From NCBI GenBank assembly GCA_001179505.1, contig CDMY01000360.1, positions 37,787 through 101,786 on the forward strand: DNA of 64,000 bases, in the 5' to 3' direction. The notes beneath the pieces are model-generated. The model was not told the origin of the DNA, searched no databases, and was given only the letters and a program-made list of their open reading frames with translations. Shown here one piece after another: positions 1-12,555 of this stretch. This stretch comes from Vitrella brassicaformis CCMP3155 (taxonomy: Eukaryota > Protista > Chromerida). Made by a program: the position numbers and the translations under genes. Position 1 is the stretch's first letter. Each line of letters starts with the position of its first letter.

Positions 1-246
1 CGATGCTCATGTGACGTGTGTGTGTTACTGTATGTGGTAGCGGCAGACACCGTACCTGACGAGAATGAATGACTTTTTGCAACTGTGACGACCTCGTTCG
101 ATTCCATACACCACCAGCTTCTACTTACACAAAGTTTCGATCGACACACATAAAAGTTCCGTCCACACCCACCGAAAAAGGACTGCCCCATCTCGCGCAC
201 ACCACACGGACATAATCGTACCCGATAGCCGCCCCCCCCTCGTCAG

Positions 247-1560
247 TCACGTGAAGTCCACCAGCTTGATCTCACTGGACACATCGCCCACAATGGCCCG
301 GCCCCGGCCCTCGCCCGCCACAGCCACAATGCAGTTGCCCTTGTGGCCCATCTCGTGCTGCACCAGGGGATGACACCCACACTGCGAGGCGACCGAGCGT
401 CTGCTGCTGGTGCTGGTGGCCAGGGACCGCTTGGCCTCCCACAGGGTGAGCTGGCGGTCGTTGCTGAGCGAGAAGAGGTGGGTGTGGGAGGCCGGGAGGA
501 AGGTGACACACGAGAGAGGGGACAGGTGCGTGATCGAGCCACTGTGCGGCGAGGGCCACAGACGATCGCCTGCACACAACACACATAGATGGTGGATGGA
601 TGAGGTATTTCCTGCCTGACGAAGGCATTCACTACCCACCGGTGAAGCCATAGAGGACGATGTTGCCGTCACCGAGGGCGACGGCCATTTTGGACCCATC
701 GTGAGAGCATGCGAGGTCCTCGACGAATGGCGGGTTGACCAGCTGTTTGGCGCCGGCAGAGGTCTCCAGCTCGGAGTGGACCTTGTTCATGTCCAGCCGC
801 ATGCGGCACTTGCCGCTGCTCGCGTCCCAACGACACACACGACAGTCGTACCTGAGCAGACAGAAAGAACCGAGGACAACACACACACGGTCAGTCGCAG
901 ACACAGACAGACAGACAGACAGGTGGAGTGCATCCATCCACCAAGCGAGTGTCGGGAAGTGTGTGCGCTGGCTGTTCTGCAGCTCACCCACCCTCCTGTG
1001 ACGAGGTCTCTTGCGCAGCCGGCCCGGAACACAGCAGAGCCACAAATGTTGCCGTGCTCGCCAGTCAGCTCCCTCTTCACAGCCCATCCACCGCCCGCCC
1101 CCTCCCCCTGGCCCTCTCCTTCCCACTCGCACACGAGCACACTGCCGCTCTCCAGCGGCACCGCCATCGTCCCTCCAGATGAATCGAACGCGAACCTGTC
1201 AATCTCACCAATGGCAGATGACGCGCCGTCGAAGCCCTCCACACCGCTGCTCACATTGAGCAAAACCCGGTCGCTGCGCCGCAGGTCAAACGCATACAAA
1301 GCCCCTCCTCTCGCCACATAGATCTGGTGTGGGTGGCCGGGGCGGAACCGCGCAGCGCCCATGGTGGAGCCGTCCTGGCTGTCGAATGTTGTGTCGTGTA
1401 GCCGCCTGCATGATGTGTGTGTACGGACGTCCCACAGACGCGCGGTGTTGTCATCGGAGCAGCTGAGCACAAGATGGTCGGGCGGCTCGGAAGGGATGTC
1501 CAATGAAACCACGCTGTCACGATGGCCTCGCAACGCGCTGACGGATACAGATGCCGTCAT
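247..1560 (-). CDS. WD40-repeat protein, WDR53-like (spliced)
   Basis: ORF 787..1560 begins LRGHRDSVVSLD...VLSCSDDNTARLWDVR (WD40). Further WD repeats occur in later exons (LTGEHGNICGSAVF...LVTGG, CRVCRWD). Stop TGA at 247-249. Introns are GT-AG and microsatellite-rich. Confidence 0.8.
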
Positions 1561-1626
1561 TCTGCTGAGAGAGCGGTGTCACGGACTGCTGCAGCGGTTT
1601 CATGGAGCACTGATTTGCGAGCTTAG

Positions 1627-2110
1627 ATGTTCGGATCGTTCGCAGCATTCGGGCGTCAGGAGGGCAAAGGGTAAGTGCAGGGAAGGCACGGGCATCAGTT
1701 CTTGTGACGGCGGACGATTGGATGAATGTTTTCAGATCTGATCTCGTGACAGAGAGGAGGGCAGCAGCAGCTGCTGAGGTACTCACGAATGAGGAGCCTC
1801 AGGGATGTCTGTGGAAAGATCCGCCGGCTGATTTGATCGAAGGTGAGATGCCAAGCGATGCGAACACGCCTCATTTCCATTGCTGTGTTTGTTTGCTCGG
1901 GTGTGTGTATGCAGCGTGCTGACTAACCCTATATATCAGGCCAGTGATGTCGAGGCCGTCGTCCCGCAAGGCGCGGCGAGAGCCGCTGTACCTCGACTTC
2001 ATCGATGAGCGCAGCACTATCACGCTCACAACCGACGAGTTTCGCACCTTAGAACAGGTCAGCATTCATTGGTGTGGATGGATGGATGGACCACATCACA
2101 TCACAACTAC

Positions 2111-2149
<39 letters not shown>

Positions 2150-2636
2150 TGTATGTGTGGTGTGGTTCTCCTCGACCAGACGCGTCGAAAGATCGCCGGT
2201 GTCCGGAGCATGCTGCTCGAGCAGATAGTGGATGTGTCCCTGTACGACACCGCCGACGGCAGGTACTGCTTCGTCGACTACCTCTCGCCCTCGGAGGCGA
2301 CGAGCAACTCGAGGGTCATCAAGGTGGAGGTGAGCCTGCCGTCCTTTATCACGGGCTTCCCCATGCCGCCCGACGGCTGCGATCCGGCTGCATGGGACAA
2401 TATCTATGTCTGCATCCGAATCCACGAGGGAAAATACGGTCGGTGTTGGGTGGGTGGAGAAAGAGCACACGGGTCTGAGTGTGTGTGTGTATGTGTGTGT
2501 GTCAGATGTGTTTATGTGGGTGTTGGAGGTGTATGGGATCAGCTACGACATGCTGCACGAGTGGCTGCGGTGCGGCCTGGAGCGGCTCGGGTATGACGCC
2601 TGGCCCAACCCACACAAAGACACTTACGACACATGA
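1627..2636 (+). CDS. Hypothetical protein (about 5 exons)
   Basis: ATG at 1627 (MFGSFAAFGRQEGK), GTAAGT donor at 1671, phase-compatible acceptor at 1735. Exons chain in frame to ...YGISYDMLHEWLRCGLERLGYDAWPNPHKDTYDT*. No recognised domain. Confidence 0.65.
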
Positions 2637-3713
2637 TGGAGGGATGGACGGATGGTAGCCGGCGGCATACATACCCAGACAGACAGACAGACAGGCAGGC
2701 GCCGATCTGTTCTTGTGAAGTGTGATGCTACGGGTTCTGCGCATGTTCACGCTACGAGCGTCTGTACCTGCCTGCCCGTCTGTGAGTCACTCCTTCCTTC
2801 CGTCTGTCGCGTGCCTGTCTGTCTGTCGCTCTTTCCACTGTAAATAAGGGTTGATTCGCAGACAGCGGGTGGAAGAGGAGGGATGGGGCGCATATGGATG
2901 GCCATCCGTGGACATACCAGCGAGAGGGCGTGCTAGTGCTGTGGGTGGGATGATGGACCAACAACTGACTTAACTGTCATGACCTACCTGTACAGACCCG
3001 GGGGGCTGTGCGTATTTATTTGTCACTTTGAGGGGAGAGAGAGTCGGATGGCATGGATGGGTGTGTGACAGGCTTGGACGCTGCCGCTGCTGCTGCATGG
3101 CATGGATCGCCTGTCGTTGCTCAGTTGGTTGATGGATATCATGATATGTATACGTCTGTCTGTCTGTCGTACTCTGACTGACTGACGGACTGACTGACTG
3201 ACTGACCGGCACAAATAAGTAATGCATTCACTCACCCACAGAGCGCGTCAAATTGACTGACACATAGTGTTATCTGACAGAGAGCTATAATAGTGACTGA
3301 CGTAACCTTCTTGAATGGTCTCGTGCTGTGCCCCTCCCCTCCCTCCCTCCCTCCCTCCCTCCCTCCCGCCCCTCCCTGTAGAGTACCATCCCGCGGTAGC
3401 TGTCTAGACTACTACACGGACCCATCTGTAACTAACCAACTACCTGTGTCACTTCCTCTCCTCCAAATGCACACACACACCCCACACACCCACCTTGTCC
3501 AATGCATCAACACACTGCACCCACACGCCCACCCAACCGTCCATCCATCCATAAAGAGCACAGCGGCACGGCACACACACGAACGAAAGACAGACAGACA
3601 GACAGACAAAGAGGCCACCATAGACACACAGAGAGAGAGAGAGAGATAATCGACACCAACACAATACAAAGAAAGCTGAAACCACCGATCTGATCAACGG
3701 ATGTGTCGCTTCG

Positions 3714-6507
3714 TCAGCCGCCCATCATCATGAGCAGGTCGTCTCCATACTCACAGTCCGGCTCCCACAGGGCCGCGGAGCCCCCCGGCTGCAGAGGGGT
3801 GTCGCCCTCCTCCTCACTCTCCTCATCGCGACCAACCACGCGACGGCCATCCACCACCTGCATGCCCGTCGACGAGAACGGATTCGCTGCTGCTGCTGCT
3901 GGTGGCAATGGAGCAGAAGCTGCCGCAGCAGCAGCAGCAGCAGCAGCAGACGATGACGAAGAGGAGCATGGTTGCTCTTCTGGTGGTGGCATGAGTGGTC
4001 CGACGTCGTTGTGGCCGAAGAGCATCTCAAGGTCTTCGTAGGTGAACCACTGACAGACACCACAGATGAGCAGCAAGGGATGCTCCTTTATGCTGCTTCC
4101 CTCGTGGTGCAAACATACACACACACGCACCTGTTGCTTGAGATGTCTGGCGGGGTTCTGTGCCGCCTGCGATCCGGCGGCCCCCACGCCCTTCTTGGAC
4201 ACAGACATCCGCCGACGCGTCATCGTCATGCCGCCATTGTTGTCTTCATCGCCCCCAGTCGGCTCGTCATTCCCCCCGGCAGCAGCAGCCGGGGTGCTGG
4301 TGAAGTCCTTGATGCGCCTTTCGATGGTGTCGGCGATGAAGTAGCGCCAGACGTGTGAGCGGCGCCTCTGGCCCATCCGGTAGATGCGGCCCACGGCCTG
4401 TGCCTCGTCGGCAGCACTCAGCTGCGGCTCCAGCAGCACCACGTGGTTGGCCACCGTGAGGGTCAGCCCACGACCGGCGTGCTGACAGACAGACAGACAG
4501 ACAGACAGAGGGACATGGACAGGAGCGTGATGGTGTCTGTCTGGTGTGGTTTTTGGTGTGTACGTGCAGGTTGCAGACGAGCACGCGGATGTCAGGGTTG
4601 AGCAGGAAGGCCCTCAGCGACTCCTCCCTCTTGGCTCGAGTGCTGCCTGCACACACCACACCACACATATGCCCCTGCCATCCATCTCCGTCTCTCCCTC
4701 CCTCTCAGTTCTCAGTCAGTCGCTCGGTCCACTGACCCCCGTATCTGACGAATGGGAGGCTGTTCTTCCGCAGCGCAAAGCACAGGATGTCGAGCACCTC
4801 ATTCCACGACGAAAACACCACCACCTTGCCCTCCTCCATCTCTCCGGCCTCAACCTCACCCTCCCTCTCCCTCTCCTTGCCCATATCGACAAGTGTCTTG
4901 ACGCGCCGCAGGACGCCCTCGATCTTGGTGCCCCACGAGCCGTCGATCGACACGCGGCTGTCTGCTGCATCTTTGCCGTTGTCGTCGGGTGAGGGCGCGT
5001 TCATGGTGATGAAGGCGATCTGCGAGCGGGCCGCCTCGTGCCGGCACACAGGGCACTTGATGGACACACGACGCTCGCGATTCAACAGCTCTGACCACAC
5101 AAACACAGACACACACAGGGGGAGGCATCTTGATCTGTCTGTTTGTTGGCCGTGTGTGTGTTGTGTCCTTCCTTACCAGTGGTGCACTTGACGCAGAGTC
5201 CGTGTCCGCAGGGGAAGAGCGCCTGTGCGGCCTCGCACGCCGCCATGATGAGCGCCTCCTGGCACACCGGACACCGGTCGTCCTCCTCACCCTCACCACC
5301 ACCACCGGCACCACCACCCACATGAGCGTCTCGCTCGACAGGTGAGGGGCTCGGGGACGGCTCTGCCATGTTGATGTCGGCGTCGACGCGAGATGACGAC
5401 GATGCATTTGGGCTGGGGGCGGGGTGGTGTGGGTGTGGGTGTTGGTGGTTGTGTCTGTTGTGGTGCGAGGCCTGCCGCCGCTGCAGGTGGCGGAGGAACT
5501 TGTGCTGCGCCTTGAGGCGGGCCATGGTGCTCTTGGCCTCGGCGCGCTCGCTCTGATGACGCAGACCAACATGCACCACACGACACACACGGAGGGATGG
5601 ACATGTGTCATTGCTTGGGCTATGGTGGGGTGTGTGCGTGTGTTCGTGTGTGTCCTCCCTACCAGCAGCTGCATTTCCACGTAAGGCACTCTGACAGGCT
5701 CCAGGTTCCACAGGGCCTCACGACGGGCGGCCGCAGTCTGGGGGCCACTGAACCAACACAGGGAGACAGACAGACAGGCAGACAGACAGAGAGGAACACA
5801 CAGGCACACGTGTGTTGGTCGGCCTTCTTTGTGTGTTCTGGGGATCCATCCCTACCCGAGCTCCTTCTCCTGCCGGATCTGCTCAGGCGTCTTGAGCCGA
5901 AACCTGCACACACAGATGGATGGATGGATGGATGGACACACATGCGGTGGAGGCAGGTGTGTGTGTGTGTGTGTGTGTAGGTGCGCACCTGAGGCAGCAC
6001 ATGTTGATTTCGTCGTAGCTCGACAGCATGTCGCGCGAGGCGTTCCAGAACCGACGGCTGACCAGCAACTCCTGCGCAGCACCAAATGCAATGGCAGGTG
6101 GTCCAACACTTGTGCGTGTCTGTAGGTGTGATGGACGTGCCTTCTTGATGAGCTGCAGCTCCTGCAGGTGGCCGTCGGCGACCCTCTCTAAGTCACGGTC
6201 GTAGTGACGCAGCTCCCTGACAGGCACAGGCAGACACACAGATAGATGTGCCAACACACCACACAGTCCGTCCGCCGTGTTGTGTGTGTGTGTGTGTGTG
6301 TTGTCCTATTATCCAGGTAGGTAGGTAGGTACCTCTTGAGCAGGTTGAGTATTTGTATGGTGATGGAGTCGCCGTAGGCATGGACGTCCCCCTGGAGGGC
6401 CTCGCCCACCATCCGCTTCTCCTCAAAGATCGAGATGCCCTTGTTGATCACCGAATACAACTCGCGCTCCAACCTGCACACACACACACACACACACATG
6501 TGGCGTC

Positions 6508-6546
<39 letters not shown>

Positions 6547-9500
6547 TGTGACCTGTCGAAGATGGGGTTGGCTTTGCAGTGGTCGCACTCCGGCCCCTCC
6601 CGCTCGATGCGGCACTTGGAGCAGTTGGCACTCCTCTCTATCACAAGGCTAGAGGGCTTCCCGGGAACATCCAAACGAGTCACCGCCTGCAGCACACACA
6701 CACACACAGAGAGAGAGATGGGAGGATGGCTTGGTGAGGTGGGGTGTGTGTGTGTGTGTGTGTGTGGTGGGCGTGCCTTGATGACGTTGTCTCTGCATTC
6801 GTAGAGAGTGTTGACGTCGCTGGTGAGGGAGTAGAAGACCTTCTTAAGGGTGCCGTACTTCTGGCTGCGCATCTGCAGCCCCGCTACCGTGTTGGCGCCC
6901 ATACCGCTCGACCCGCCCTCGTGCATCAGCACGTCGTGCACCCTGCACACACCACACACACACACACACAACACATGCATGCCTTTCTCTGTGTGTGAGT
7001 GTGGGTGACTGACTTGGACAGCAGCGTGTCCTGTGCACTCGTGCCAGGGTTAAGGAAGATGTCGAAGGCGCCCCACCAGGTGTCCATTTTCTTGTCCCGC
7101 CGGCCCTGCTTCGACTCGTCGATCCTCTTGCGATACTCCTCGAACTCCCGGCGCGTCGTGTCCAGCTTGTGCCGACTCTGGGGCGGGCACACACACAGAT
7201 GCACACACACACAAAGGGATGTATCGGTTGTACGATCGGCGGGGACCTCGTGAGGCGGTGGGTGGGTGGGTGATATAACCTTGGCGAGGTACTGTTCTTT
7301 GAGGGCGTTGGCTTTGTCCTGGTGTGTGTGGTCCTGCAGGGTGTGGCCGATGTCGCCGATGTGGCGGTGGCCACTCGCGGCCTTGCCCGGCAGTATCTCG
7401 TGCAACACCTGAAGATCCAACGACACACACACCACACACAAACACACACACACACACACACAGAGACAGAGAGAGAGAGGGGTGCAGGTGTGTGTGTGTG
7501 ACACGTGTGTGTGTGCACCGATCGCATCACTGCCCTCCCCCTTGTGTGTGTGCAGCGAGTGGAGGAATCGTGTGGCGTGCCGTGTGGTGTGCGCAGCAGG
7601 GCTGGATGCCGCAAGCGTAGCATGTGTAAGGCTGCTACCGACACCTTTATTATTGCTGCGGTGGGGTCGGCCATCTCTCTCTCTCTCTGTCTGTGTGTGT
7701 GTGTGTGTGTGTCGTGCGATGCAGTGCCTCCCACCTCGTGTAGGTTTTCCAGTGTGTGGATGCGCTGCAGCGCGTCAACACGGAAGCAGGACCTGTCCTC
7801 AGTCGCTGCCGTCTCCAACACATGCCTGCATCAATCACCACAAGATGACACAACACAACACATGTGGGGGTGGTCGGTCGGCGGGCGGGTGCGGTGCTTC
7901 ATAGCTTTCAATCTCTCTCTGTGTGTGTGTGTGGGTGACCTACCGGTAGTGTTCGATGGCGTCTTTGAGTTTGTCCTGGAGCAGTGCGATGCCGCCCAGC
8001 CCGTTGGTGTTGGCCGTGTAGACCCGTAGCTGCTCCTCTACCTCCACCTGCACCACAGACAGACAACACACACACATCCCCATCACACCTTCCCTCCCTC
8101 CCCCTCTCTCCCCCACCACAACACTCCTACCTTTGACTTCTGGATCAGTTTGTCGAGCACGTCATCCATCGACATGAACTGACCCGCCGTCCCCGTAGCG
8201 CCGTCCCCATCGTCCATACCACCACCACCAGCACCGGACCCCCGTCGCTTTCGCTTGCTGCCTCGCCGGCCGCCCCTGCCTCTGCCTGTGCCCCTGGTCA
8301 TGTTGCGCAGCCCCAGTGCGCCGATCTGTGGGTGGCAGCACGCCTGACGCAGCGCCAGGATGTAGCTGCGAAGCTGATCCGTCTTCCTGAGATAGACCAG
8401 AGAGAGAGAGAGAGAGAGAGACAAGGTGCGGAGGATGGATGGGTGTGGTGTGCGGGGGTAGGGGAGGGGGTGCTCTACTCACTTGTCGATGGGCAGCTGT
8501 TCGGTCTCGATGAGCGCCGCAGCCGCCTTGCGCCGCTTGTCGAACACCTCGCGCACCTTCTCGAGGACCTTCTCGTGCTGCCGCTGGTAGAAGAACCGCT
8601 CCACCGGCGAGAACTGCAGGAACACGTCGTGCCGCTCCAAAGGCGGCAGGTCCAGCTCTCCGGCCACGTCGGCCTGCTGCGTCCGCCAGAAAAGGGGCTG
8701 CATCAGCGTCAGCACTCGGTCCAGCACCACACCCACCACACCCCACCGCGCGTCGCTGGCATGCACAAAGCCGTCGCTCTCATCCGGCGCGGCCGTCAGA
8801 GGCACGGAAGCGGTGGCATTCTCCCCTTTGATCAATGGCAGCGAGGGCATCGTCTCGAGGGCGGCGAGCTCGTCTTCCTCCCTCTCCCTCCTGTCACGCT
8901 CGCGCATCTCCTTCTGCCGCCTCGCCTCCTTGTGGCGCCGCAACGTGGCGAGCCAGTCCTCACCCTCACTGATGGGTGCATATGGCTGCGAGTTGTCGTA
9001 CACACGGCAGGGGGAGGGAGAGGGAGAAGGGGAGGGAGGGTCGAGCATGTCGTCGTCTTGTGGCTGGGACGGAGGTGCTGGCTGCTGGGTGTTGGCTGGT
9101 GTGCGTGTGGGTGTGGGAGTGGGGAGGGAGGGGGGCACGGGCAGCACCGGGGTGAACCGCTGCGGCAGCTCCGACTTCAGCGGCTCCACAAACCGACTGA
9201 ACATGCGAGCCCCTTCCCCGAGGAAAGGCATGGTTGGCCTCTGCAGAGCCATGAGCAAGCCGGGTATGTCAGCCGACAGGTGGTTGACGATCGGCGTGCC
9301 GGTGACGCACCACCGGAGGTGCGACGACAGCTTGGAGCACATTTCCGCCGCGCGAGTGTGGCCCTCCACCATCTGTGCCTCGTCCAAGACCACTCGGTAC
9401 CACTCCACCTGCAACAGTGGCGTCGGGATGGAACGATGCCGCTTCGCATACCTATATATGAGACACACACACCGACAGACATCCAATCCACTGCTGATGA

Positions 9501-12147
9501 TCTGTGTGGTGGTTGGCCAGCCTAAGCGACCGACCGACCGACCGACCTCATCTGCCTCTTGGGTGGCGGCTGGTAGTGGATGTCGTCCCGGAGCGTCTCG
9601 TAAGAGCACAGCACGACGTCATAGTCGCACAGCTGCTCAGGCCGGGTCACCACACAGTGCAGGTCGTCGTCATGCCAGTCGCCAGAAGCCATCATCAAGG
9701 TGGTAGTGGCGTCACCGTGGGTGTCCGGCTGCCGGCGCCTCCGCACGCTGCTGCGACGCCTCTTGGACCGGCGGCGGCGCCGGCCGCCGACATCGCTGAC
9801 ATCGCCATCCTCATCGGCATCATCGGAGTCGCTCTCTTTTGCCAACTTCAGCAGCCGCTGCTCCTTGCGAAGCTGATGGATGGATGGATCAAGGCACCAC
9901 AACACATAGACAGAAAGTGAGAACGGTTTCGCTCTCTTCTCCCTGTCTGGTGCGGCTACGGTACCCGTTTCTTGAGGCGGTCTCCGACGTTGTGCACGCT
10001 CGTGTAGACGAGGGCCTTGATGGCGCCGGGCTCGGTGTGTTTGCGGATCTCTCTCATCCACTGGGTACTGATGGACGCGGGGGTGACGATGAGGGTGGCC
10101 CGGACGGGGAGCGGCGGGGAGGTCTCAGCCGTGCACGCCGCACACACGTATTCTTGCTCCGTGTCGCCCTTGCTGGGGGAGGGGTCAAAGCCCACACAGA
10201 GACAGTGGAACCACGCCTCGCACCTGCAGCACACACCACGCAGAGCACAGGTGGATGGATGGATGGATGGATGCGGCGAAGTGTGTCTGGCGGCGCTGCG
10301 TACCTGTCACACTGGACCCACTGCCCCTCATATGCCTCCGAGTCCTCGCCGCAGGGACAGCCAAAGCCCCAGTCGTCATCCTCGACCTCGCTGTCCCACA
10401 GGGGCGGCACATTGGCGGGCGTCACATCCACATCCACACTGCCACTGGCGGAGTCAGACGCCTCCACCTTCTCCCGAAATCGCCGCATCATGGCCTCAAA
10501 CTGCTCCGTCCGGTAGTCGTCCTCATCGCCGTCGTCATTGGCATGCCTCTCCTCTGCGGCCCTGCTCCGTGTCTGCACCCGCCCGCCAGCCGTTGCCTCA
10601 CCGGCGCCACCAGGCTTCACACGCTGTAGCCGTAGCTGCGCTTGCTCGGCTGACCGCCGCCCCGCGCCGCCCGCAGGGTGGTTGTCGCCATTGCCGTCCC
10701 CCCCGCTGCCCCTCGGCACCCCCGACCCATCCACCGCCACATCGTGCCTGAAGCGCTTCACGTGCGCATCCCTGCCGCCACCGTGCCCCACCCGATGCGG
10801 AGACTCACTGCCCCGCCTCTCGGCACGCCCTTGCTGCTCTGCCAGGGGTGGTGCCGTGGCTGGCGATGGCTTGGGGTTGGCGAGGATGAGGGCAATGACC
10901 TCGGCGGTCTTGCCCAAGCCCATCTCGTCGGCAAGGATGCCCCCCCTCACCGCATAAGTGACCGCCGGCGGTGCGCTGCGCCGCACCGCGCCATTGACCA
11001 TATGCACATACAGCGGCCGACTGGACAGCGCCCCTCGCACCAGCACCCAGTAGGGGTCGGGCACTCCGATGGTCTGCTCGGCGCCGTGTGTCTCGCGGAA
11101 GACCATCCACTGCACCGCCCGCTGCTGGTACGGCCGCAGCTGACACGTGAGGCCCGTGGGGGCCACAAAGGGCTGCACCGCCGCAGCGTGCCCCTGCGAT
11201 GAGGCCTCGGCGGCGGTCATTGGCGACGGCGAAGGGGATGGCACTGGGGGAGCGGGGGGAAGCGGGAGGGACCTCAGTGCGTTGTACAAGTATGAAGCGT
11301 CGAGGTGAAAGACGGGCTCGTTCTTAGCGATGGCCGGTGCGCTGAGGACGGGGGCGAAGATGTCCTGAAAGAACTCGAGCAGCTTGGAGCCGCCGGGAGG
11401 GGTGGGCGGAACGCCGGTCGGGACCTCAGAGTCCTCCAAGACGGCGAAGCAGTTGCGCGTGAGCCCGACAGCCACCGTGATGATGGCGTCGCCTCCTTTC
11501 CGCGCCTTCTTGGCTCCCTCACCAGCCGCCCCATCCCCTGTCTGCTCCTCATGCGTGTCGTCGGCCAGAGGCTCGTCTTCCATGGCGACCCTGGCCTCCT
11601 CCACTCTCCCCCTGATGGCCAGCGCACCCTTCGTCTGCAGATACTGCAGCAGCCGCACACGCGCAATGGTGGCCGAGGGCGTGAGCGAGTGCGCCTGCAC
11701 GTCGCGATGGGCCACGGGATTGCCCTCTTGGTCGTAGAGGGTGAACGAGGCATAGCCCTTCTTCTCCTTGGTGCGCTCGACTCTGACGTTGTAGACGGGC
11801 TGGTCAAGCTCCCTGCTGCCCTCGTCGCGCAGGAAGGAGACCCGCGGCCACTCGAAGAGAGGGAATGATATGTCGAGCCACACCTTGACAGCAGCGGTCG
11901 GCCGCTTGAGCCGGTGCCGGGTCTTGGGCGGGGAGGCCGGCAGGGCATACTGCTGATTCGGGTCGCTGGACCGAATGAACTTGAGGCTGACCGGCAGTTT
12001 AGTGAGGGCGCCGCCGCCCCGCTCCGACGAGGCCTGGCTGGCCGACACCGTCTCGATGTTGATGTCCACATCGTCGAGCGTCCACCCGGACCTCTCGGAT
12101 CTGTCGGCGGGGTCCACGCGCTTCGGCACCGCCTTCTGCCGACCCAT
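3714..12147 (-). CDS. SHPRH: SNF2 helicase / PHD / RING E3 ubiquitin ligase, SHPRH family (many exons)
   Basis: LRPYQQRAVQWM, GGILADEMGLGKT (motif I), PHD finger (CPCG...WVQCDRCEAWFHCLCVG...YVCAAC), ATLIVTPASISTQW, VVLDEAQ, WCVTGTP, RING (CPVCQE...PCGHGLCVKC...CPVCR), helicase C (KVVVFSSW, NHVVLLEPQLSAADEAQAVGRIYRMGQ). Confidence 0.92.
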
Positions 12148-12555
12148 GAGTCAGTCAGCTCGATGGAGAGGCAGACTCAGGCAGTAACAATCAATAACTA
12201 CTTCTATCAAAGATCAGGTCGCCAATGGGACAGCCCATGACGCCGCATGTCTAATCACTCCCGCACGTCAAGTTCGAAGGCATTCCTACTGGGTTTGGGG
12301 TGTACTAGGGTGCAGGATTCTGCGAGCTTAGACGCGTTCAAAGGGGTTGCTTGTTTATCAGCGCGTGTTGATGATCTTCTGGGTCGTTCTTGCAGGTACA
12401 GCTGCATCGCTTTCCCCGGCGGACTCATCAACTCTGTCCGGAAAGGCTGTATCCTTCTGTCCACCCTGGTCGCCGCCTGGAACGCTCTCGTCGGCAGCGA
12501 AACCTTACAGATCCGTGCATGGAAAGGCCGGCATGGCAAGACGAGACGGCAGGCA

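Noticed and set aside
96-105. GTTCGATTCC, a tRNA T-loop/B-box-like motif
   Set aside because: The flanks do not form a T-stem, and no acceptor stem or cloverleaf can be drawn.
8332-9706. Long plus-strand ORFs (397 aa, 297 aa), and similar ones opposite other genes
   Set aside because: Antisense shadows of GC-rich coding exons (here SHPRH), with no motifs of their own.
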